Below are positions 19,001-25,842 of a stretch of 64,000 nt of DNA, one piece after another. Below the pieces are notes generated by a model. The model saw only the letters and a list, made by a program, of their open reading frames with translations, was not told the DNA's origin and searched no databases. The DNA is from an uncultured Planctomycetales bacterium (GTDB lineage: Bacteria > Planctomycetota > Phycisphaerae > UBA1845 > PWPN01): the NCBI GenBank assembly GCA_964586235.1, contig CAZPIO010000004.1, forward strand, positions 8,402-72,401, in the 5' to 3' direction. The translations under genes and the position numbers were made by a program. Position 1 is the stretch's first letter, and every line of letters starts with the position of its first letter.

Positions 19001-19403
19001 CGGCGGGCCGCTCTACAAGACGCCGGATGAGTCCAAGTTCATCCAGTGGATGCACCAGATGCTGGTCTACGAGATGGACGGCGATCTATACATAGGCCGC
19101 GGTGTCCCGCGAGCGTGGATGGCCGACGGCCAGAGCGTGATACTCAAAAACGCCGCGACTTACTTCGGCCCGATCGACCTCAAGATCACCTCCGCCGCCG
19201 CCCAAGGCGAAATCACCGCCGACATCAACCTCCCCGGTCGCGACCCCGCCAAGGCTGCCCACGTCTCCCTGCGGCATCCCGACGGCCGCAAGATGAAATC
19301 GGCCAAGGTCAACAACCAGCCCTGGACCCAGTACGATCCCGCGACCGATACCGTGACCGTCCCCGGATCCTCCGGCAAGGTCGTGATCGTCGCTGGGTAT
19401 TAG
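16041..19403 (+). CDS. Large secreted protein with a probable C-terminal (alpha/alpha)6 glycosidase-like barrel; family unassigned
   Basis: Signal peptide (MTFVQRYLLLTSGLLVPVALAHA), start probably at 16041 or 16053. The helical C-terminal half has six-hairpin-type motifs (HGFILWAAAEHYLWTGDRQYL, GLAPAGDLED, WYATNAYY) and ends in a beta-sandwich (TYFGPIDLKI). Confidence 0.7.
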   Translation: MISIMTFVQRYLLLTSGLLVPVALAHAGEPASEPGDFNAATFGTVSLAYADGAGVNVTPLADSGAVGAAPVAAGTSIQVEWRQPRDVHAVRLVFAGAALSADQVELAWWHHVWPDNGEGGWMKVDDPYNGRFVVAAVNAKPAGPDSLLLRLKPLEKTENAKIEAVGFAYRRTYKVRVTFRAAAKVRQIECLTDSHWKTAEIKVERLGHTSPARFDAVNARIISTERPSESVATLKLQYADNPRRLSPDRGHVIVRQDGQGQDFSFFVDDVLREGIIFVRDINAYISDATRNLSPASWRKPADAWDATVIEKVAAMPEQTRERATTEIPPKWIPVAHLGLPILRQEISINERSMVYTEYLSLRSPGPDRARSPNLTRDEAQRHYTLVTRREQPFGPAGPKVIKRWLEDGYLPIIHSQWQLEDVDYHQTVLVTALDSEVLNESLALPVAPLKHVGTSPHAADFGSGLRGDEPVAGLARLEMENRTQTDQVAGFWLKVERRPPMRIEPNGLLRLESPTTAPAGPDLIPLWGQIDIRGRGDLSYKRNFFPVDSKEPRDVIRYDVKLAPGEKHAIVLKVPYIEQFTVAEVAQLTALDWESTHAEVKRLWNLRLAAAIDNYQVPDQALMNLYRANLWHVLITTDRDPSTGLYQHGAGTYDYPNYPNEAMMVARSLEMRGEHEEARRIIEPCLISQGTRSLPGNFKSKEGLLYAAAPPGFDHYTAQGYNMHHGFILWAAAEHYLWTGDRQYLDAVTPNLISACEWITRERQATMKLDPDGRRPLEWGLAPAGDLEDVAEYLYWYATNAYYHLGMKTTARVLAQINHPEAARIAEDAREYAADIMASVRESTARSPVVRLFDGSYVPYIPSRAYALTDRSEGWIREGLYCSLHLLDGDLVRPDDPLVTWILNVLEDRIFMSAESGHGPKDRLTDPKAQFFSWGGFNNQPNLLDNSIAYLKRGQIPHFLRAFWNTYAMSLYPDIQCFAESVSFGMGGGPLYKTPDESKFIQWMHQMLVYEMDGDLYIGRGVPRAWMADGQSVILKNAATYFGPIDLKITSAAAQGEITADINLPGRDPAKAAHVSLRHPDGRKMKSAKVNNQPWTQYDPATDTVTVPGSSGKVVIVAGY

Positions 19404-19421
19404 CGATTCAGCGCAAAGGTC

Positions 19422-19456
19422 GTGGGGCCGACGCCCTCGTCGGCCCTCCTTCTTCT
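19422..19456 (+). terminator. GC hairpin with a pyrimidine tail (terminator or GTGG-type REP)
   Basis: GGGCCGACG-CCCT-CGTCGGCCC followed by TCCTTCTTCT, about 20 nt after the 19403 stop. Confidence 0.5.
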
Positions 19457-19459
19457 GTG

Positions 19460-19536
19460 GCTGAGAGCTGACAGGTAGAAGGAAACGGAGTCAACGGAGG
19501 TCGGACTCGTCTCTGTTTTTTCCGTTGCCTCATGTT
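19460..19536. repeat. Short-period repeat remnant
   Basis: GCTGAGA-GCTGACA, then AAACGGAGT-CAACGGAGG, loosely mirrored by CTCTGTTTTTTCCGTTGCCTCATGTT. Confidence 0.45.
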
Positions 19537-19670
19537 GGACCTCACCCTCAGCCCCGCCCGCCTTTCGAAAGAAGAAGCTGGACAATCGATCGGAATTGTC
19601 AGATGATAGACAAGCGGGACCTTGACATTTCACGCTCTTCCAATCGGCTCGTGGCGTGAGAGGTAACCAC

Positions 19671-20903
19671 ATGATCACTGCGCTGCCGTTCAAGCTTGTT
19701 CCTGCCCTCGCCATTCTCGTGTCCGTGAATTCGGCGATCGCGGGCGAGGATCCCCAGGCCCGCAACCTGGATGTCCTGAACCGGGAGTTGAACTCCGGAC
19801 TGCAGGCCCTCGTCACTCGCGCGAAGGCCGATAGGATCGCGCCGCCGCTGATCCACTCGGAGTGGTATGTCAGCGAGTCCGGCCAGGCTCCAACAGGGCA
19901 ACTTGCTTTCGAACAACAGAAGAGGCGGTTCGGACGCCGGCTCCTTGAAGCGCTCGACAGGACCTCCGACGAGATCCTGGCCATGACGGATTCACCCTCC
20001 CGTGAACGCATTGCCACCACCCTGCTGGATCTGGGAGACTGGATTAGCGAGCGGCCCGGCTACGGCAACATGTTCATCTTCGAGCGATGCCAGGACATGG
20101 CCACCGTGCCGCTGGCCTACCTGGTCGCCGATCTGGGTTATCCGGTATCCAAGCTGGATGCTCCGACGGCCCGGCTGCGGACTTGGGTGGACTTCGCCAG
20201 GATGGCGCCGGACGCTCTGAACAGCGAGCTCCCCCAGCCGCTCTTTGTGGCCGGCCAGGGCAAGACGCTGGAGGAGGTGCAGGAACCGCTCATGCGAGCC
20301 TACCGCCAAGGACGGGTGCGCGTTCAGGAATGGGTGAAAGCCAACCTTGCCCGGTGGACCATTCCCGACGGAAAGCGCGTCCGCGAAAGCTTGCCTGCCG
20401 ACTTGCGCTTCTTCTGCGACGACGAAGTGCTCGGCTTCCACACCACCCTGGAGTTGTGGGATGCGAAGAACCACCGTCGGCTGGTTTCTGGCCTCGGCGG
20501 GGTCAGCGTGGACGAGATTCGGCACTTTCTACTGTTCCGCAAGAAAGTGGGCCGGTTCCCGACCGAACCACCGGCTGGGTGGACGCCCGGCGACAGGTTC
20601 GATACGCCGATCAGGGCTGCGTTCGACGACGCCTGGGAACCGTACAGAAAGGATCATGGGCCGATTTATGCCGATGCCGCTCTTGTCTACACCGGTGTCG
20701 TTACGAATACCTTCTACGACCGGGACACGACCGCCAAGCGAATCCAACAAGCGGGCTCCGCCTCTCGTCCTGCTTCAGGCAGACCTCCGGCAGGTCGAGG
20801 TCCCGGGCCCGGCACATACCAGCCTCCGCGATCTGGATCCGGGGGGGACCTCCCGTCTCGACCGGACCCGCGCAGAAACCCGACTGGACCCGTAGCACGA
20901 TAA
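19671..20903 (+). CDS. Secreted hypothetical protein
   Basis: GAGAGG RBS, a signal peptide (MITALPFKLVPALAILVSVNSAIA), a helical body and a Pro/Gly/Arg-rich tail. No recognisable motif. Confidence 0.7.
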   Translation: MITALPFKLVPALAILVSVNSAIAGEDPQARNLDVLNRELNSGLQALVTRAKADRIAPPLIHSEWYVSESGQAPTGQLAFEQQKRRFGRRLLEALDRTSDEILAMTDSPSRERIATTLLDLGDWISERPGYGNMFIFERCQDMATVPLAYLVADLGYPVSKLDAPTARLRTWVDFARMAPDALNSELPQPLFVAGQGKTLEEVQEPLMRAYRQGRVRVQEWVKANLARWTIPDGKRVRESLPADLRFFCDDEVLGFHTTLELWDAKNHRRLVSGLGGVSVDEIRHFLLFRKKVGRFPTEPPAGWTPGDRFDTPIRAAFDDAWEPYRKDHGPIYADAALVYTGVVTNTFYDRDTTAKRIQQAGSASRPASGRPPAGRGPGPGTYQPPRSGSGGDLPSRPDPRRNPTGPVAR

Positions 20904-21044
20904 CCGTTAACTCCCAGCCGGCCAGCCGCCCGGCTTTCCCTGTACATGAGCCTCGGTGAGACGCGACATGAGTTCGGCAACCGCATGAACGAGGGGCACA
21001 CGGCTCCCTATCAGGCGGCATGTCAGGATTAACAGCCGCCAGTA

Positions 21045-22712
21045 TCACGGCTTCGTACTAGGCTGTGACCCCTGCGCGCGGCTGGCTGCGGTTTTTGCGG
21101 GTAGAAACACCGAGGGTAGAAACTCCGAAACCGGGACGTCGGGATAGACGATCTCTCCCGCCCACATCTCGACTATATCGACCGTGTTTCGGGCCACCTT
21201 CGCGCTGCTGCGGAGAATGACCGAGCAACGCTCGGGTGCCGGCCGGCCGGATTCGACGGACAGAAACCGACGGACGCTCTTGCCGCCTGCGGCATGGACC
21301 TCGCCCATCCGGAGTTCCGTACCCTCAAACTGCGCAAACACCTCAAAGGCCACCCCCGCCGGCGGTTTGTCTATCTCGACCGTGACCCAGAGATGCTGCC
21401 CGCGACCCGCTTCGAATTTCTGTGTCTTACAGTGGATGCACTCGGTCAACGCCCGCCTCAACGACGAGTCGTTGACTTGGCGAATGTAAACGGCAGGCTC
21501 CTCAGCAAGGACTTCAAAGTCGGCGCTCAAACGAATCTGACGCTGGTGACGCAGTTTTACCCCGCCGTCCACCTGCCCCACGGGGCGCTCGCGCACCCGC
21601 ACCGTCAGAGCCAACTCGACGGTGTGCCGGCCGGCGGCATCACACTCGAGTGCCAACTGGTGAGAGATGTGTTCCCGATATCCGCTGTCGATGGATCGCA
21701 AGTCGTTCACCTCGATCGGCATCCGCGGACCGCCGTCCATGAGCTTGCCGTCCAGGTAGGGCAGCAGCATGTCGGTCATACGCTCATCCTCTGCCGGGCA
21801 GAACTCCACCCTGAACCCGATCGGGCCCCGCTGCCGGATGTCCAGCAGGATGGGCACCGGATCACCCAGGACGACCTTCTTGCGGGCGAGCAGCTCGATC
21901 GTGGCTATCTGCCGGAAGAACGCCTCTCGCTCGGCCTCCGAAAGCTTGCCCGCTCGATACAGCTTCTCCAGATAATCGACCATCGGCCGGTTCCATGCCC
22001 GGGCCTTGTCGAAAGGCTGCTGACTCAGGCACAGCGCCACCACCTGGCTGTGCTGTGAGGATGACAACTGAGAATCCGCGATGAGCGTCTCGACAACCGT
22101 CCACGCTTCATTCGGCGCCGGCGGCGGGTCCATCCCGAGCTGCTCAATGCACGTCTGAAACAGCGCGTTCACCGCTTCCTGCACCAACGTGGTATCCTTC
22201 ACTCTCTTGGTGAGCACGCGCCAGGACGCGTGCGCCCCGGCCGGCTTCGAACCACGAATGTACCGGACACAAAGAGCGTCCACCCCGGCCTGCTGCCCGG
22301 GTGACAGCACGCTGTCCTCCTGGCGTCTCTGCAACTCGGCCCATCCCCGGCCGGACCTTGCCGCAGAACCGAATTCGGCATCCTGGCAGACCCAGCTCAG
22401 CGGGTAGGACTGGTACAAGTTGCCCTGACGCACGAAGAGGTAAACCTCAAACCCGCCCCATAGCCAGCAGGCGATGGCGGCATACAAAAGCCGACGTTTT
22501 CTCACTGTTTCCCCCTGAGGGGTCGATTTCGGGTCAAACGGCGTGCCGCACTCAGGGCAGCGACCGCTCTGCAGGCCTGTCAGGTTGTAGTCGCACTTCC
22601 CACAATGCGGCGCCTGACCCTTGCGCGGGGGCCATCGCCATCCGATGAAAAAAGAAACCCCGATCAGGAAGGCCATCGCAACCTGCAGGAGTAGTGCAGT
22701 GACTTCCATCAT
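21045..22712 (-). CDS. Membrane-anchored hypothetical protein with a zinc ribbon
   Basis: N-terminal TM helix, CGKCDYNLTGLQSGRCPECG, a second TM helix, then a soluble domain. GGGAG RBS. Confidence 0.8.
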   Translation of the reverse strand: MMEVTALLLQVAMAFLIGVSFFIGWRWPPRKGQAPHCGKCDYNLTGLQSGRCPECGTPFDPKSTPQGETVRKRRLLYAAIACWLWGGFEVYLFVRQGNLYQSYPLSWVCQDAEFGSAARSGRGWAELQRRQEDSVLSPGQQAGVDALCVRYIRGSKPAGAHASWRVLTKRVKDTTLVQEAVNALFQTCIEQLGMDPPPAPNEAWTVVETLIADSQLSSSQHSQVVALCLSQQPFDKARAWNRPMVDYLEKLYRAGKLSEAEREAFFRQIATIELLARKKVVLGDPVPILLDIRQRGPIGFRVEFCPAEDERMTDMLLPYLDGKLMDGGPRMPIEVNDLRSIDSGYREHISHQLALECDAAGRHTVELALTVRVRERPVGQVDGGVKLRHQRQIRLSADFEVLAEEPAVYIRQVNDSSLRRALTECIHCKTQKFEAGRGQHLWVTVEIDKPPAGVAFEVFAQFEGTELRMGEVHAAGGKSVRRFLSVESGRPAPERCSVILRSSAKVARNTVDIVEMWAGEIVYPDVPVSEFLPSVFLPAKTAASRAQGSQPSTKP

Positions 22713-22895
22713 GAGTCTCCCGCGACCCTTCACCGCCAGGTGCTGGCCGCTACCCCCATGCCGCCGATGCCACGTCGTGCAACCATCGTCGCGACGCCGT
22801 CGAGAATCCTAATCCTGGGTTTCCCGCACCACAAGCCACCGGCGACGCACGAGACTGTGCGGATCCGTGATCTTCTCTGCGTTCTTCCCGATTCT

Positions 22896-22927
22896 TCTTG
22901 GCGTCTTGGCGTCATGGCGGTTCAATC
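22896..22927. repeat. 8-bp tandem repeat
   Basis: TCTTGGCG-TCTTGGCG-TCATGGCG-GTTCAATC. Confidence 0.7.
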
Positions 22928-23101
22928 TCTACGTTCCTCTTGTTCCGCCTCGACCGCATTCTGCCGAACACGCCGCCGTGTTATACGCATATCGGGAACA
23001 GCGGAGACACCGCGCGCTGACAGGGATAAACCTGACCGCGCCGTCGGCCATCCTCGTCCCGCGTTCTTTGACAAGTGAATCGCGTCGAACGGCCCCGTCT
23101 G

Positions 23102-23217
23102 GCTGATGGCTGAGTGCTGAAAGCTGACAGCTCATTGCGCCAAACGAACCCAAAAGTCAAGATGGAGAACCTCTGCCTTCTTCTCTCCGCGTCTCCGTGT
23201 CTCCGAGTCCCCGTGTC
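23102..23217. repeat. Cluster of 7-bp and 8-bp tandem repeats
   Basis: GCTGATG-GCTGAGT-GCTGAAA-GCTGACA (23102-23129), GCGCCAAACGAACCCA, and TCTCCGCG-TCTCCGTG-TCTCCGAG-TCCCCGTG (23184-23215). Confidence 0.7.
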
Positions 23218-23271
23218 GGAGTTTACCCGCCGTGGCGGGCGTCTTTCTTCCCAGCGGGCGCCGCCCTCGCA

Positions 23272-25548
23272 TCACGGCCCCTGGCGCGTAGCCGCCACGC
23301 CGTATTTCTTCTTGAACGCCTCGTAGGCTGGCGCGGCCTGGCTGGCCTCCAGCCCGTCCTTGGCATTGGCATGGCGATAGGCCACCTGGACGAGATCGAC
23401 GACGCCGCGAAGCCGCTCGGCCATACGTTCCACGGCCACAAACTCACGACGGGCCGCCGCCTGCTCACCCCGCTGGTCAAACAGGCTTATGCGGACCAGG
23501 TGGTACAGGAAGCCGAACATCGCTTCCCCGTAGGCGAATCGGCGTTCATCCTCCAGCAGCCGGGCGCGTTCCGTGGGATCCCCGCATTCGACGAGGGCTG
23601 CGTCGATGTCCTGCCTGGCCAGACGCATCAATTCGATGATGTCCACCACGTCCGGGGCGTCGTTGAGCAGGGGGTGATGTGCCTGATAGTGCAGGTGATC
23701 CATAGGGAATAGATCCTTATCACCACTATCTAACTTGCCAGGCAGGCAGTGATAGGCGTTGCCGACCCAGACGTGGTGCTTGTAGGCCTTGATGTTGGCC
23801 GTGGCCGATTCCAGGTGTCCGTAGAAAGCCCGCATCCGCTCCGACGTCGTCGGGTAGTACAGGTGGAAATAATCGTCGAGCAGAGCGTCCGCGTCGGCAT
23901 CCGGGTTCCAGAGTAATTTAGCCAGCAAATGCTGGTTAATGGTCCACGTACCCCACAGCGAGGTCGGCGTGTGCATGTAGTGGAAGTGCCGCACGCCGCT
24001 GCGGTAGTACCAGGGTATATCCGTCGCCAGGATGCGCGTGTACACCACCGGCAGCGTCTTGATCGAGCTGACGTTGTAGTACTCGCCGATGAACAGGCCG
24101 CCCTTGTAGAACCGATCGCCGGTCAGCGCCCAGTTCTGGTAGCACGCGAGCGTGTGGCGGTTGATCTCCGTGCACGTCGGGTCGGCCAGCGGGTGGGCGT
24201 AACACCGCGAGATGGGATAAAAGGTGACCAGGCAGTTCTCGTAGTCGAAATCCGCGGGCAACGGCCGTGTCGGTGCCGGCAGCGTCTCGAGGTACGCGAG
24301 GCTCACCAGTTGGATGTTGCGGTGCAGCCGGCCTTCGCGCCGGGCCGCCTGGATGTCCTTGTGAACGCGGTACTGCAAGTCGAGCATCCGATCCGTCGGG
24401 CTTCCCTGCCGGGCGCAGCCATCGCACTCGCACCACGGCCCGTGGTCCAGCATCATGAAGTTGATCACGTCAGCATCGCGATAGGGGCCGTCAATGAGGT
24501 TTGCAGTCAGATTCCGGGCCAGTTCGCGGCCGGCATCCGCGTTCGAGGTGCAGGTGTTGTAGCGAAGCGTGGGCTGACGATGGGCGTCGCGCTTGCCGTC
24601 ATGCTGGGCATACCACTCCGGATGAGCCTCCGCGTAGCTCAACTTCTTGCTGCCGTCGGCATCACCCAGGTACTGCGGGCTGACCGCGTAAGGATCCGCG
24701 GGCTTGGAGTCGTCACCGTCGAAGCGCGGATGATTGTACGGATACTCGGTTTGCGGCCCAAGAAAGTCAGACTGGATGCTGTGCCCGCCGGCGTCCAGCT
24801 TCATCCCCAGCTTCTTGAGGAACGGGACATTGTCCTCAACGGCGATCCAGTAGTTCATCCGGTTCCGGGCCATCCACAGGAAGAACTCACGGTTGCCGCG
24901 GTTCGTGCATCCCAGGAAACCGCGGGTGAGAAACTTCGGCTCCTCGGTAACATCGAGTTCGCCGGGCAACGTGGCGGGCTTGGTGGGATAAACCGTACCC
25001 TGCTGGCCGAGCCCGTAGAACCGCATGCCCAGACGCTCGAGCCAGGCATAGACTCCGTACAAGGTGCCGACGCGTCCTCCGCCCTCGATGACCGTGACCG
25101 TCCGGCCGTCTTTGGCCAGGGCGTGAAGGTGAAACGACTCTGGCGACCGAAGCGACTTGCTCTTATCCGCTCTCGGATCAACTTGATCGATCAGCGGGTT
25201 CGATGACCGGCTGCCCAGCAGAAAGACATCGCCTTCGGCCGGCAATCGATTCGGCGGCGACAGTTGAATCGCCTCCTCGTCGATGTCGAGGCACGCCGCC
25301 AGGAAGCGGCGCAGCTCGGCGGCGGCGAAGGACTCGGTGCAGGCCGTGTCATCGACTGCGTGTTTGTCACGGAAGTTGACATCTTGCTCGGAGACCGCCG
25401 CCTTCTGAATTGACTCGAACGGACCGGGGCTGGCCACGATGGTCGTGCTTGCCGCGACGGCACCGGCAACATGAGACAGCGGAAGGAGAACGGCTGCGAG
25501 AAGCGCGACCGGCAAGACAGTCCTCACACCGCAACGACAGTCTACCAT
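23272..25548 (-). CDS. DUF4838-type secreted glycoside hydrolase-like protein
   Basis: Signal peptide, a GH20/GH67-like N-terminal domain (GTLYGVYAWLERLGMRFY), FLTRGF, WMARNRMN, CTSN and KLLWNPDADADALLDDYFHLYY. The ATG at 25548 has an AGGAGG RBS. Confidence 0.8.
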   Translation of the reverse strand: MVDCRCGVRTVLPVALLAAVLLPLSHVAGAVAASTTIVASPGPFESIQKAAVSEQDVNFRDKHAVDDTACTESFAAAELRRFLAACLDIDEEAIQLSPPNRLPAEGDVFLLGSRSSNPLIDQVDPRADKSKSLRSPESFHLHALAKDGRTVTVIEGGGRVGTLYGVYAWLERLGMRFYGLGQQGTVYPTKPATLPGELDVTEEPKFLTRGFLGCTNRGNREFFLWMARNRMNYWIAVEDNVPFLKKLGMKLDAGGHSIQSDFLGPQTEYPYNHPRFDGDDSKPADPYAVSPQYLGDADGSKKLSYAEAHPEWYAQHDGKRDAHRQPTLRYNTCTSNADAGRELARNLTANLIDGPYRDADVINFMMLDHGPWCECDGCARQGSPTDRMLDLQYRVHKDIQAARREGRLHRNIQLVSLAYLETLPAPTRPLPADFDYENCLVTFYPISRCYAHPLADPTCTEINRHTLACYQNWALTGDRFYKGGLFIGEYYNVSSIKTLPVVYTRILATDIPWYYRSGVRHFHYMHTPTSLWGTWTINQHLLAKLLWNPDADADALLDDYFHLYYPTTSERMRAFYGHLESATANIKAYKHHVWVGNAYHCLPGKLDSGDKDLFPMDHLHYQAHHPLLNDAPDVVDIIELMRLARQDIDAALVECGDPTERARLLEDERRFAYGEAMFGFLYHLVRISLFDQRGEQAAARREFVAVERMAERLRGVVDLVQVAYRHANAKDGLEASQAAPAYEAFKKKYGVAATRQGP

Positions 25549-25568
25549 CTGAATACTCCTCCTGCCGC

Positions 25569-25842
25569 TCATGACCCTGGTCTGCGTTCCGCCGGGTGCC
25601 ACTGGCGGCTTGCCCGAGGTTGTCCGGGAATTCGGTGGGTGCCCCATGGCTTCAGCCGTGGGGGACATCAACTCGGCCGCGAGTTCGCTCCCCCATCGCT
25701 GAAGCGATGGGCCACCCGGGCGTGCATTCCGCCCGGTGAATTCCCGGACGGTCTCGGCTTGCCCGCCAGTGCACGGGCAGACAAGCTGCCCGTGGCACCC
25801 AACCGGGACGTGCCCTTCGGTCATGACCCTGGTTTGCGTTCC
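25569..25842. mobile_element. Nested REPIN / MITE-like / REPIN composite flanked by a 22-bp duplication of the upstream gene end
   Basis: Outer direct repeats TCATGACCCTGGT(C/T)TGCGTTCC at 25569-25590 and 25821-25842. REP pair A at 25594-25800. 11-bp direct repeat CGGCTTGCCCG at 25606-25616 and 25755-25765. 17-bp TIRs (14/17 match) at 25617-25633 and 25738-25754. Inner REP pair B at 25637-25717. Confidence 0.8.

Noticed and set aside
19622-19650. Perfect TTGACA upstream of the orphan gene
   Set aside because: There is no acceptable -10 hexamer at 16-18 nt spacing.
22896-23217. Tandem repeats as a possible CRISPR array
   Set aside because: The units are 7-8 bp with no spacers, and there are no cas genes.
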